Below, piece after piece: positions 1 through 13,589 of a stretch of 64,000 nucleotides of DNA (positions within the stretch are counted from its first letter, which is position 1; each line of letters begins with the position of its first letter). Source of the DNA: Octopus vulgaris (taxonomy: Eukaryota). The position numbers and the translations under genes are program-made. The notes below the pieces were generated by a model. It did no database searches. It saw only the letters and a program-made list of their open reading frames with translations, and was not told the origin of the DNA. The DNA is taken from the NCBI GenBank assembly GCA_951406725.2, contig OX597821.1:31682001-31746000 (forward strand), read 5' to 3'.

Positions 1-475
1 AAATCAAAACTCAGCTCCATACACATTATGACTGCCATGAATATATGACCAGTTGCTTTAGTCCGCTATAGTGCACCCATTCTAAAATGGACATAAGCGG
101 TGATTAATCAACTCGATCGCACTACCCGGAAGACAATGACCATGTATGGTGCCCTCCACCCCAAAGGCGAATGTATACAGGCTCTACATGAAGAGGGGTA
201 GAGGTGGACGAAAGCGGATTAGCGTACGAGAGTGCATCAACAGTGAAAGAAGAAGCATGGCAGAATTTTGGGTAAACAGCAAACAAGACCTCATACAGTG
301 TGCTGCAAGTGCAGAAGGATTTAACAAAAATGGATTTGGGAGTGCTCATGATTTCCGATCAAGAGAAGCCAACGAGAGAAAAGAAATCCTATTCCGGGTG
401 GAATTACATGGTCACTTCCACCCGAAATCAACAAATTAAAAACCAGAAGCCTCATAGAGATAGCTTAACAAAGGT
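1..475 (+). mobile_element. R4/Dong-like (RLE) non-LTR retrotransposon fragment, post-RT region
   Basis: Reads RKTMTMYGALHPKANVYRLYMKRGRGGR...LHGHF, the LHP..V.RLY..R..GGRG motif also seen in the 48-49 kb copy; truncated by (GGT)n. Confidence 0.7.
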
Positions 476-494
476 GATGTAAAAAAGAATAAAA

Positions 495-594
495 GGTGGT
501 GGTGTGGGTGGTGGTGGTGGTGGTGGTGGTGGTGGTGGTGGTGGTGGTGGTGGTGGTGGTGGTGGTGATGGTGAAGAAGAAGAAGAAGAAGAAG
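495..594. repeat. (GGT)n/(GAA)n microsatellite
   Basis: Direct read. Confidence 0.95.
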
Positions 595-610
595 TAATGT
601 TTTCCTATAG

Positions 611-1092
611 ATTCGGAAGAGATCAAGTTTAACCTGCCTTTTTCCGACAAGAACCCACAAATCAATCGTGCACGGGAACTTGATGAAAATCTGCATAAGG
701 TTTTCGCCCCTTGTGCACATCTGGTATAAATTCGGGTGTTGGTACCTCCACCTTTCATAGTTGTTATTAAAGAGACAATTACCTTCGTGAAGAATTATCT
801 TGCGAAGGATATTTGGAAATTTATCACAAGTACCAACAGAAAACTCTTATAGAATCTTAGACTGTTTTTCACAACGCAGTGTGTCGGCGTTGTACAACTG
901 ATAGGGTGCTAAATTGCCGGGCGATATTCTACATACCAAGTGCATCGGACCCAGTTGACTTTTAACTCACGAATGCAGGTTGATGAAAGAAATTTCACCG
1001 CACAAAAGTTGACCTCACTACTTATCGGTTATTTTTCAGCGACAGCATGGACGTCGTACAAAAATATTAAAAAAGGATTACTATTACGTTGA
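611..1092 (+). pseudogene. Decayed coding block of unknown gene (candidate endogenous-virus exon)
   Basis: Starts after tttttcctatAG; one frame of ~160 codons (SEEIKFNLPFSDKNPQINRARELDENLHKVF...AWTSYKNIKKGLLLR) with 3 internal stops. Confidence 0.5.
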
Positions 1093-1866
1093 TTGTTGAT
1101 ATTCTGTTGTTGTTGCTGATGTTGTTGTTGTTGTTGTTGCTGTTGTTGTTGTTGTTGCTGTTGTTGTTGTTGTTGTTGTTTCAAATTATGGTACAAAACC
1201 ATCAAATTGAGGGATAGGCTCCAATCAATACCAGCTACATTATAACTTGATTGGTACTTTATTCTATCGTCCCTAAAAGAATGAAATTTCAACTTAACCA
1301 CGCCGGGTTTATATTCTCTTAGCTCAGACGAAATGCTACTAAGCATTTTTGTACGAGACCCTAATGATTCTGCCGGGTTTGCCAGCATGACACACTAGTA
1401 ATTATTAACACAGACAGGGTACACCAAAATTTGTGAGAGGAGTAGATTTCAATGCATTAGAATCTGATTAGCATTACAAATTTCGGGATAAGGAATAAAT
1501 TTGCATTTGTGTGAAAGACAAAAGATTTAAGAGAATCCGAAATGAATACCCCAATAACATAACAATGGTAATAAGCAATTATTTTGTTTTATAAGATTCC
1601 ATAAGTGATTAAAGGATATAAAATATATTTCGGTCTCGGTCATTGGATAAGTGTACAACACAAGTTCGAAAACATAGTAACTGATAAGAATGAAGTCATA
1701 AAGGGCAGCCTGATAGGAAGTAGTAACTCTTTTGATATTGTATCAATTCATCCAGCCATGATAGTACAAATAGGTTTTGGATAGTGAGTGATTAATTGTT
1801 ACTATCCATTCGTTTGTAAATATCACATAGTTTCCATTCTTTCCCTAAATTATGTATATGTGTATG

Positions 1867-1959
<93 letters not shown>

Positions 1960-2613
1960 CATATGTGCGTGTTTGTGGGTCTGTATGTGTGTGGTCGTGT
2001 ATGCATGCATGTACGTAGAAAAATATACCTGTATGTATATATACATACATATATATGTATATGCATATGTATATACATACACGCCACACGCGCACGTACA
2101 CACACACACACATGTCTTTATAAACACACATACGTATATTATTTCCTGAATACCATCTGTATAAATGATGTTACTAATTAGATTTGTTTTCGTATCAGCA
2201 ATTCTTTTCCCTTCATATTGTCTCGAAATAATCTATGTGATCAACTATGCTTGATAAATGGTAACGCTACAACGAAGTATGCAGTAAAATATTAATATCT
2301 ACTTCCTGCGTATATTAAAAATCGCATTACGAGTCACGTATCATTTGTCATGTAAGTGTATACAATACCAAACGACCCATGCTCTATTGATATATTATCC
2401 TATGTCATTTTCCGACACGCTTCTTGCTGTGTACCTCTAAATTTTACTGTATTTCAAATTAGATATGATAGATTGGAGAATGAACAGTGCGTATATATCA
2501 CCATGAACTAAATTAAACCGCATTCCTACTTCTAATTCATACTATCAGCGTATTCACGTTTGATCTATTAAATAGAGTGCCTACCATTATTTTCGCTTTC
2601 ATTGTTGTTGTTG

Positions 2614-2665
<52 letters not shown>

Positions 2666-2886
2666 CATTATCATATTTCAGTGAGAGAGCAGTGCATACC
2701 ATCAGAGTGATACCGGGGTAAAATTAGATTATAAACTATGCACCCTCAAACGTGTATATTTACAAGTTTGTACAGCAAACAAACAAATCACAACCACCCA
2801 TATACACATGGTCACACGCAAAGACAGAGAGGGAGAGAGACTCTAACACACATATACCTACACATACATAATAGACACATGTATAT

Positions 2887-2955
<69 letters not shown>

Positions 2956-2958
<3 letters not shown>

Positions 2959-4562
2959 TTGCGGCCAAAATGTTCAGAACAGCATTGTTTTCGTCAGAAA
3001 AGTAGGTACAATTTTTTATCAAAGTTGTTTTATATTTTATAATTTTTACAAACAATAAATAGGATATTATTTGTTATTGTCTGAGATTATGGTGTAATTT
3101 GAGAGGATAATACAAAAGTTATGGATGATTTAGTGATTTACTGCAAAATGATCAGAGCGGTTGAAAAAATAACAAAATAATCAAAAATGACAGAGAATAC
3201 TGGAATTATTTAATATTTAGCGTGAAGCCCTTTAGCTTCAATCACACTTTGACATCTTCGACTGCATGAGGAAACTAAATTTTCAATTTCTTGCTGGGTG
3301 ATCTTATTCAATTTTCTTCCTGATGGGCATTCCATAATTGCTCGGTTGTTTTATGATTTCTGGCTTTCGAACGTTCTCTTAGAATATTCCACACGTTTCC
3401 AATAGGATCGAGATCTGGGCTTTGAGCAGGCCAATCCATAACAATAACCTTTTCAGCCTTGAGGAAGTTCATGACCACTTTAGCCTTGTGACATGGGGCA
3501 TTGTCCTGCATGAATATGGGTGGTCGCTTAGTTGAATTTCTCAGCACAGGCAAGACATGATCTTTTACAAGTTGTCTATAAACTCCTGCATTTTACTATC
3601 CATGTAATCGCACCAAAGGACCCACACCATCTCCAGATATCATCCCCCAAACCATGGCACTTCCTCCACCGAATTTAACACTAGGCATTTAGTCGACAAA
3701 TGTTCACCTACTTTTCGACGAACGTACCTTTTTCCATCTGAGCCAAATAACATAAACTTAGATTCATCACTGAAATGCACCGTTTGCCATTTTTCTTGAG
3801 ACCACAACACATTTTCGGTTGAAAAGGTAAGACGACACTTTTTATTCTTGGAGCTGATCAGTGGCTTCACTGCAGGTGCTCTTGCTTGTAGGCCATGTTC
3901 AACTAAACGACGAGACACAGTTTTTCGAGATAAAGTTTTCTTCAGTACAATGCTCATTTCCCGAGATACAACAGCAGCAGGTTTAGATCTGTCCTTTTTA
4001 AGCAACTTTACCATAGCACGATCTTCTCTCTTGGTCGTTTTTCTTGGCCTACCTGTAGACTTTCTTGCTTCACACGAACCACAATAATCGTAGACCTTAA
4101 GAATACCATGAACAACACTTTTGACTTGTTAACAATCTTTGCAATAGACCCAATACTTAAATTATCCTTTTTTCGAAGCTTAATAATCTGCTGACTAATT
4201 GGTAACGGAGTAAGTGGCATTATATTAACAAAGTACCCTGCAGATATGCTTACTAATATTTAGTAAAGGAACCGTCAAGTAAACAAATTCAAAACATTAG
4301 AGTTTGCCGGTTCAATATACTAAAACACGGAGTAAAAGCAACCGTTCTGATCATTTTGGCCGCCATGGGGTTTGCAGTAAATCACTAAATCATCCATGAC
4401 TTTTGTATTACCCTCACGGATTACACCAAAATCTCAGACAATAACAAATAATATCGTATTTATTGTCTGTGAAAATTATAGAATATAAAACAAATTTGAT
4501 AAAAGATTATACCTACTTTTCTGACGAAAACAATGCCATTCTGAACATTTTGGCCGCAACTG
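2956..4562 (-). mobile_element. Tc1-family DNA transposon, IR/DR type, defective
   Basis: TA-flanked ~200-bp TIRs starting CAGTTGCGGCCAAAATGTTCAGAA; frameshifted transposase ~4220-3215 with FSDESKF, QDNAPCH, SPDLDPIGNVW (catalytic E replaced by G). Confidence 0.95.
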
Positions 4563-4779
4563 TATATATGGAGAGATCGACGGAGAGAGGGAGATAGAAA
4601 GAGAGAGAGAGGGTAATGCCACGTTGTGATATATACTAGCTCCGATTGTCTTTCCATCTAAATATCCGATTTAAACTGCGACTGAAACAAAGAAAAATTG
4701 CTTTAGCTTCTTAGTAACGAATAGCTAAACGTGGTTTATCATCGAGCATCTACATGTAAGGTATGATATAGAGGTGTAG

Positions 4780-4995
4780 GTGATCATTTCTAAAATCATC
4801 TGTTCAGGAACTAAAACAGTATTACCCTCTCAAAATGAAATACACTGCTATAATATGGATAGCATATCTTCATTTGCACGAAAAGACCCATATGTGCATC
4901 TACTCGGAAAACAGCTGCAAGAGACTCAACACCTTTTACTTCCGTATTTCTTATGGTCAAATTTTATCGTAACAAGTCGACATGTTCTGAGGTGA
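4780..4995 (+). pseudogene. Coding-like block, unknown product
   Basis: Complex-sequence 71-aa ORF following gtgtAG; no family recognised. Confidence 0.3.
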
Positions 4996-5474
4996 TTCAC
5001 GTTATTTGACTGCCCATACTTTCATTCCAGTTTACACTCATGAACACAATCCAACGTCCATACAAGCACAGTCAAACACATATATGTGTATATATTTGTG
5101 TGTATATATATATATATATATGCATATATATATATATGTATATATACATGCATATGCATATATATATGTATATATATATATATATATATGCATATATGAA
5201 TATATATATATACACTTACATATATATACATATGTATATATATATATATACATATGTATATACACTTACATATATATACATATGTATATATATATATACA
5301 TATATATACATATATATATATGAATATATATATGTATATATATATATATGTATATATATATGTATATATATGTATATATATATATATATGTGCCCCAGCA
5401 TGGCCACAACTCATGAGCTGAAACTGGAAAAATCAAAATCATATATATATATATATATATACATATGATACATA

Positions 5475-5520
<46 letters not shown>

Positions 5521-5899
5521 TGCATATATATATATACATACATGCATATACATGTATCCATATATATATATACATACATGCATATATATGTATATATATA
5601 TACATGTATATATATATACACGTATATATATATGTATATCCATACATATGCCTATATATATACATATACATAAGTATATGATTATATATATGTGTGTGTA
5701 TATATATATATATGTAGTTGGGGTATATACCAATTTATACGGATGTGTATACACCCAAACTTTGACACGCGCACAGAGACACACACAAACACATATACAT
5801 GCATAATTGTATGTGTTTAACCTTATGTATGAGTGTGTATATTCGTTTATGACAGCTTCACTTGTAATGAAGTATTAGTCATATTTTAATAGATATATT

Positions 5900-6700
5900 A
5901 TGATATGGATCTCCTATTCAAAGTGTAGATAAATATATAGCTCACATTAATAATTGCTGCTGCGCCTCCCAACTATATGATTTGTTAGAGTACGACATCG
6001 ATGCTCAAATAATAGATATGAATTTAAATTTACTTGTACTATTTGTTTTCTTCCGATCTTTTATTAAAATGAACATTAACTATGATGAAATGCATTAAAC
6101 ATGTTGAAGAAGGGAGAAAGGCCCCCCATATGAGAATAAATTGCATTTCTGGAAAATTCCCATTAGAATCAGTAAATTGATATTAGAAATTTCTCTCATT
6201 CTACAGTATATCAGAACACACTGTTTCGGTGTCCCAAAGGCAAATGATTCTTAATTTAGTCTCTGGAATCCTACCACAATGGCAGTAAAGAAATCGAGAT
6301 TTAATTATTCTTTCCCATTCACTTTATAATCTTGTCCATTAATCCCGCAGAGAAATATCTATTCAATAAAATATGGTTTACAAGATTATTAATCTTTATC
6401 TGTTGAACAAGAAACATTACTCAACATTACTGGTCAGCCAGAACAATAATTCATTAGCAAACCGAATCATGCACACTGGAAATCCGTTGCGATTTTAATC
6501 GCCACAGTTCTACATATTATAATAACATATGTCAAACCTGTTAAGTCCGGGATCATACGATACATTGCGAAGGTAATTTCTGAATTATATATCCTTTTAA
6601 TACTCTACTTATCGATGATATCGTATTGGAAATGATTAGCCTGGGTGATATTTATTGTAACTATTTCCTTCAGAATGCTTTAGTTGTACATATTGTTTGA
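5900..6700 (-). pseudogene. Decayed coding block, unknown gene
   Basis: Long frames (LKEIVTINITQANHFQYDIIDK..., FPVCMIRFANELLFWL..., ESFAFGTPKQCVLIYCR...) with few stops; 31-nt GT..CAG segment at 6430-6400. Confidence 0.45.
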
Positions 6701-6837
6701 CTGTATTTGCGATCTTTAACCTTGTATTATTTAGTAATAATACTCGATTAATACATACATGCACACATAGTGAGATAGACATAGGTATACATATACATGT
6801 GGAGGTGTGGATGTTAGTAGTAATTTAGCTGGCGGAC

Positions 6838-6895
6838 TTTGGCTGATGAGAAATCAGGCGTCTATTTGGCGCTAAATTTCGAAACCGGTACCAGG
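6838..6895 (+). ncRNA. Type I hammerhead ribozyme, canonical core
   Basis: TTTGG CTGATGA GAAAT..(GCGTC/GGCGC)..ATTTC GAAA CCGG TA CCAGG: stem I, stem II, palindromic stem III ACCGGT. Confidence 0.85.
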
Positions 6896-8019
6896 TTGAC
6901 CAGCATTTACTTGTTCTAACCCATTTGAGGTAAGACATTATTATTGTTCACTGATATTTTTTCTATCTTGTCTGTAATGGATTTGTGACTATTCTGTGGT
7001 ACAGAAGTATTTTTGACTTCTATCATTAGCGATATAGGTACTCATGTAGTACCCTTGTGTATATATGTACATATCTAATAGTGTATGTATATATTTTATT
7101 AATTTGCCTGTGCGGCTGATAATTCGCTTACCAATTGTGATAGTATTTTAATAATACCATCCCCATATTTATTTATACATACACACACACACATATATAT
7201 ATGCGGACACACATAATCACATTTACACACATGCACACGCGTAAACAGAGATACACAGAAGCATACCCCCCTACACACACATATGCTAGTATATGCTGTG
7301 GTTGCTATAGACGGACAGTTTATTTCACTTTATTACCAAACGAATCTGACCAAAGGTTTGTACTTGAATCATGTTAACTTCTCAACTTAAACTGATACAA
7401 TTCTGAATGCTAAATTTTAGTACGCATTTTTATTCTAGGTCACGCTGTCTTTCCATATTTCGTCGAATGTACCAGTTATGGCAACAATATTGACAGGCAT
7501 TATTTTAATAATATCTTGTATTTGCTTCGTTACCTAGTTAAATATTAAACCAAATCAATGCTACATATTTTAATGCACTTTTAGATATCCGTCTCAGAAA
7601 GCTACAGAAACATTGATATAAATGTTCACCTGATAAACGTTCACTCAATCTTGAATAATACTATGATCACAAATATGGTTTAATATTATTTTACCACAAG
7701 CAATTATTTTATTCAGTTTATCATTTAAATGAACGTCATCATCTCTCTAAAAGCTTAGAAATACTTTCTTTCCTTTAATGAATATTCACAACAATGTACT
7801 CAAAGACAAAATCACGAACAAATATAGTGCAAGATGTGAGTATGAAAGTTTAGAAACTTAATAGACATAGGTGCAATGACTGACCGAATACGGTAGTGGA
7901 GAATAAAAATATCCATTATACGTATACATCCATATACATCCATTACTCAATAAAATATCTATTATACAGTGTTCATTTATACATTTATTGGGATGTGAAT
8001 AAAAAGTAATTTTTTTTAG

Positions 8020-9690
8020 CCGGGAGATATACGTGAATAAATATAGAAATAAATAGACTATATATATATATATATATATGAAAAAACAAGTCAAAAATAG
8101 AAAATGCTAAAATAATTTTATAGTGAACATTTCAGTACCGGTTTCGGTCATTTTGAGACCTTTTCAACTGTAACGATTAAATAATTAAATTTAGAAAAAT
8201 TAGAAGAAAAGTTTTTTTAAAGGAATATTTCTATAGTAGTGTTCAGATATAAGTAGCATTCTGCCTTTCTCTGACTCCCTTGTTTGCACTTGTGTGTTGG
8301 AGGTCGTTGTGAGTTCTTGGTAGGGTAGTAGAGGAAGAAGGCTGATGAGGAAAGGGGTGGGAGAATCTGGGAGTGCCCTGATGGTCGTATTTTGAATGGT
8401 CAGTGGCGGCTGGCAGTCGCAGTTCAATTCAGGAAAATATTTCTATTGAAAGGCTTGTTTATAGAATTTGCGTAGGTGTTATACTAAAAAACATTAGTGA
8501 CAAAGTTAAGGGGTAGAAGATGGAGAAGTAGAAGAAGAAGAAGAAGAAGAAGAAGAAGGAGAAGGAGAAGGAGAAGATGACGATGATGGTGATGGTGGTG
8601 ATGGTTATGACGACGATGATGATGATAATGATGATGATGAAGAAGAAGAAGGAGAAGGAGAAGGAGAAGGAGAGGATGATGATGATGGTGATGGTGGTGA
8701 TGGTTATGACGACGATGATGATGATAATGATGATGATGAAGAAGAAGAGGAAGAAGAAGAAAAAAACAGAGAAGGGAGAATATGAATGGGTTAAAGTAGT
8801 GAGGTGTTGTATGACTTGAATTTGGCATGTTATGGATTATAGCTGTGATTTTAGCTGTGATTAGTAATGGATTCTTTGGAATGTAATATTTGTGTGTGAA
8901 TATTTCTTTTATTCTAAAGTTGAGGTATAGTAATTGTTTGTCGTAGACCCGTTTAGAAGTGGCCTGTATTTTGCAATAAAGAGAGTTTCTTTACTTATTC
9001 GTTGTCTCGAGGTTGTATCGTCCCTAAATTGGTAGAGGGGGAAAATCCTGAAGCTTGGTGTTTTTTTGTTGGCGCAAGTATCTATGTGTTGGCTAAAAGC
9101 TATTTTTCTGTTTTGGGGAATTTTTATCTGGGATCTGTGCAGGGCCATTCGTTTACGCAAACTATTTTTTGTTTGGCCTATGTACTGCTCTTGACACCCG
9201 GAGCAGGTTAGTGAGTATATTAGGTTCTCCGAAGCACATGTGAAGTTGCTTTTCACTGTAAACCGTTGTCCCTCAATTAGATAGTCGCATATCCCGCAAT
9301 TGGGTCTTCCACATTTTTTTACTGTCGGCTTCTGTGTTGAAGAGTGAATTCGGGCTTGTGTTAGGAGACTTTTCATGTATTTAGGCTGTCTCTTGCTTTT
9401 TATGATCGTGTGTGTTTGGAGGATTGTGTTCATTCTGTGGTCTTCTTTTAGGAGGGGTATGTTGTGGAGGATGGTGCCGAAGGCTTCGTTATTGAGAGGG
9501 TTGTGTGTGGAGATGTATGGTAAGGCTTTTGGTTGTAAGTTTTTCTTTGATTTGGGATGTCTCAGTTCCTTGATGTTAAGTTGAAGGGCACGTTGAATGC
9601 TCTTGTCAATAAGTGAAGGTGGATAGTTCCTGGTGATAAGGGTATCTTTTAGTTCTTGTAGTCGTGTGTCTCTGGTGTTTGCGTTCCTTT
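8020..9690 (-). mobile_element. Penelope-like element, 5'-truncated (GIY-YIG endonuclease plus 3' pLTR)
   Basis: ORF 9694-8909: CGRPNCGIC, NLIYSLTCSGCQEQYIGQT, R..H, E..FI....P.LN; downstream region carries an HHR. Confidence 0.9.
8130..8173 (-). ncRNA. Minimal type I hammerhead, U3-A8 variant
   Basis: Minus strand: TTACAG TTGAAAA GGTC TCAAAAT GACC GAAA CCGG TA CTGAAA; same strand as and 3' of the Penelope ORF. Confidence 0.75.
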
Positions 9691-9702
9691 TCACCCTTAT
9701 AC

Positions 9703-9756
<54 letters not shown>

Positions 9757-9758
<2 letters not shown>

Positions 9759-10430
9759 TACCTTGAGCGAGCAAATGAGTACAAGCTGCCTCTTTGCGTT
9801 GCGTTCGTAGACTATGAGAAGGCCTTCGATAGCGTCGAAATCAACGCAGTGCTGAACTCGCTGTAGAGGCAAGGAGTCGAGGCGCAATATGTGAAACTGC
9901 TCAGGGTAGCAAATTCCGGATGCACCACCGACATAGCTCTGCTGTCATCAACCGTACGAGTGCCGGTCGAGAAAGGAGTGAAGCAAGGAGATACAATCTC
10001 CCCCAAACTTTTCACCGCATGTCTCGAGCTGATCATCAGAGGCATCGACAGGCAAGGCGGTGTCAACATCAATGGCGAGCTCCTCAACCACATCCATTTC
10101 GCTAACGACATCGTACTCATCGGTGAAACCAAGGATCAACTTTAGACTATACTGACGGAGCTCGACATCAAAAGCTCTGCAGTAGGTCTCAAGATGAACC
10201 GCATGAAAACGAAGTTCATGCGGTCAGACAACGTACCAAACGGTCGAATGGTGATCGGCAGTGATGAAATAGAGGAGGTAAAGGAATATGTCAACTTGAG
10301 ATAGGAAGTGAATACGTGCCGAGATATCGAACAGGAGATCTCACGGAGAGTAAGAGGCGGATGGAAGTTTCTTAATGGCATAAGGGATGTGCTCAAGGGA
10401 AGGTTGGATAGGACCACCCTCGCCAACCTC
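9757..10430 (+). mobile_element. RTE-clade LINE reverse transcriptase fragment
   Basis: LCVAFVDYEKAFDSV, GVKQGDTISPKLF, FANDIVL, GLKMNRMKTK; several stops. Confidence 0.9.
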
Positions 10431-10431
10431 A

Positions 10432-10616
10432 GACGCCATGATAGATCGTTAGCCACTACACACATTTTTTTCTCTCCTTGTTTTCTGTGTTCCTTTCTGT
10501 AGAAGAGCGTAGGCTCGAAACGTAAAAGACTTTTTCTATTCCTGAGAGTTATACTAATACATCTGTTCGTTTTGTACACTACCCGTCTACGTCTTTTGTT
10601 TTTTTCCGTAAACTTT

Positions 10617-10620
<4 letters not shown>
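10432..10620 (+). mobile_element. Short pLTR-like repeat with HHR-like motif (10493-10528)
   Basis: CTTT CTGTAGA A GAGC GTAG GCTC GAAA CG TA AAAG (A6U core variant); ends at (TA)n. Confidence 0.6.
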
Positions 10621-10659
<39 letters not shown>

Positions 10660-10664
<5 letters not shown>

Positions 10665-13106
10665 GAAATATGTTACGAAAAGAAAATATAAAAAACACGT
10701 GGAAATGTAAGGGTAAAATAGGAAAAATCAATGAAAATGCATATTGCAGATAGAAAAGGGCTATTTATGACAGGTAGTGACAAATATATACATTTAGATT
10801 GACTGAGGTAGTAATACAAGTCATAAAGGTCATTATTATGAGATGATTATAAGATAATAATAATAAAGTAAGATAATAAAACGAACCAATTGGTTTACGC
10901 GTAGGCTATTCATGTTGGAAAATAATACTTACTAGGAAAAACTTACATATTACAACACACAGAAAACACCGAAAAACTTATCCTCCTTACTCCAAACTCA
11001 TGGAAAGTGTATTACAACACATGAAATTGACTATCTATCCAATTTCAAATACAATCCTAGTCTATTCTACGGATTACCCAAGCTACATATAAATCCACTC
11101 ATTTGTGAAGCCTGCAAAGTATCTACAAGCATATGCATTAATGTCCCTCTACCTACTGACCACAAACTCAGACCCATCATAGCTGGCCCTTCTTGTGAAA
11201 CCCACCGTTTCAGTAACTTCCTTGACATATTACTCAAACCTCTTTTAAAATATGGGAAAAGCTATATCAGGGATGACCTAGACATGCTGAACCACCTCCC
11301 GAAGACAGTAAAGGACGGAACTCTACTGGTGTCTTTCGATGCGGTGAAGCTATACACTAATATCCCACACGACTATGGTATAGAAGCAATCACATGTTGG
11401 CTAGAAAAACACCCAGAAGAGATCTCAGGACAAATTAACCATAATTTTATAATTGAAGCACTGAAATTCGTCCTGTTGAACAATCATTCCTTGTTCGATA
11501 CTACTTACTATCGACAGTAAGGCGGAATTGCAATGGGGACCAGAGCTGCTCCAGTGATTGCAGACCTCGTAATGGGTTACCACGAACTTAAGCTATACCA
11601 ATCATCACTAGAAAAATATGGCGCCTCTTTCAATTACTACTTAAAGGTGAACTGGAAGAGATATTTAGATGATTGCTTCATACTTTGGCAAGATAGCATG
11701 GATCAACTCCTTGATTTCAAAAGAATGCTCAACAACATACACAGCAATATACAATTCACTGTAGAACACAACAGTAAGCAACTACCTTTTCTAGACAACT
11801 TAATTAGAATAGTTAACAACCACATAGAAACAGACATCTTTTATAAACCCACAGACTCTAAACAATACCTATTATTTAACTCCTGCTACCCCAAACACAT
11901 AAAAATCAACATACCCTTTAACCTAGCAAAAAGAATCTGCACCATAGTTTCTGATACATACACTCGTGAACATAGACTCCTTGAAATTAGATCTACACTT
12001 ACTAAAAGACACTACCCAATCTCATTAGTAAATGAAGGCATCAAAAGAGCTAAGGGAATAGAGATACAAAGATTAAGGAAAACTTGCAGCCGAAATACTA
12101 AACAAGACTTAAAAATACTCCCGTACATCTCCACACATAACCCCAGAAACAACGAAGCCTTCAACATCCTCACCCAAAACCTACCCATCCTCACAGCAGA
12201 CAAAACAATGAACGAAATTTTAAGCTCATATAAAATTATAAAAAGCAAAAAGCAACAGAAGTCACTAAAAATAATACTAACCAGCGCTAGACTTTACCCA
12301 CTAACTACTGAGCCAAAAGTGACAAAATGTGGACGTTCTAACTGTGGAACATGCCCCCACCTTTTGAAGGGTTCAGAATTCAAATTCAAGCAGGGAGAAA
12401 TATTTAAGATCAAATCAAATTTCACCTGCGCCTCAGCAAATGTAATCTATGTCATGACATGTATAGGATGTTGTAAACTCTATATTAGACAAACAGGAAT
12501 TTCGCTCCGTCAAAGAATCACCATTCAGAAAGAGCAAGTCCGTCACCCACAATACAGACAGTTAAAGATGAGTGAACACATAGGAAGATGTGCCAGGAAT
12601 CTTAATACCAATTTCCAAATATTTCACTTTTACCAATGCTCACAGACCACCACAATGCAACAAAGGTTGAATAAAGAGGCATTTTTCATCAACAAATTTC
12701 TCCCCCAACTAAATATGAACACACAACTCAATACAGAACACCACTAACTCTTCAATTTAAACCACTAAACCCTATACACTTCCTACGCAACCCACATCTC
12801 TAATTCCAGAAAAAAACTTACCTCCTTTACAAATAATCCAGAACTACTTACCTCTCTTACAAATAATCTTTTTTCTCAGGAACTATTAGACCTGACGCTA
12901 ACCGGCGTTGTTCAAACGATAAATAGCCTACGCGTAGACTAATTGGTTTGTTTTATTCTCTTACTTTATTATTATCATCTTATAATCATCTCATAATAAT
13001 GACCTTTATGACTCGTATTACTACCTCAGTCAATCTAAATGTATATATTTGTCACTACCTGTCATAAATAGCCTTTTTCTATCTGCAATATGCATTTTGG
13101 TTGGTT

Positions 13107-13110
<4 letters not shown>
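10660..13110 (+). mobile_element. Penelope-like retroelement (RT plus GIY-YIG) with inverted terminal repeat, defective
   Basis: FYGLPKLH, RPIIAGP, LVSFDAVKLYTNIP, GIAMGT, RYLDD, LPFLD, NVIY..C..C..YIRQT; stop at 11518; ~10730-10910 is inverted relative to ~12922-13110; (TA)n on both sides. Confidence 0.93.
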
Positions 13111-13177
<67 letters not shown>

Positions 13178-13303
13178 TTATATATATATATATATATATA
13201 TATAAACTTGACAAATTTTACACATACACGCTCAAATTTCCAAAATTCATCTAACGTTCACAATCGGACCTTACTATATATATATAATAATAATAAAAAT
13301 AAA

Positions 13304-13360
<57 letters not shown>

Positions 13361-13365
<5 letters not shown>

Positions 13366-13550
13366 GGACATACAAAGGGATTAAGTCGATTACATCGACC
13401 CCAGTGCGAAACTGATACTTTATTTATCGACCCCGAAAGGATGAAAGGCAAAGTCGACCTCGACGGACTTTGAATTCACAACGTAACGACAGACGAAATA
13501 CCGCTAAGCATTTCGCCCGGTGTGCTAACGTTTCTACAAGCTCGCAGCCC
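13361..13550 (-). mobile_element. tRNA-derived SINE family A (also 20058-20287 -, 32588-33151 - tandem pieces, 44745-45035 +, 47510-47645 -, 59745-59900 +, 1190-1385 - degenerate)
   Basis: Head GGCGGCGAGCTGGCAGAAACGTTAGC..GAGTTCAAATTCC (A/B boxes) and core GACTTTGCCTTTCATCCTTTCGGGGTCGATAAA, repeated in the window. Confidence 0.9.
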
Positions 13551-13589
13551 TACTAGACCTCACAAAGCACAGTGGCAATTATAGAATAC

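Noticed and set aside
12880-12930. Possible HHR in the Penelope 3' end (CTGACGC TAAC..GTTG..CAAACG)
   Set aside because: Both core boxes are broken; cannot be supported without a family consensus.
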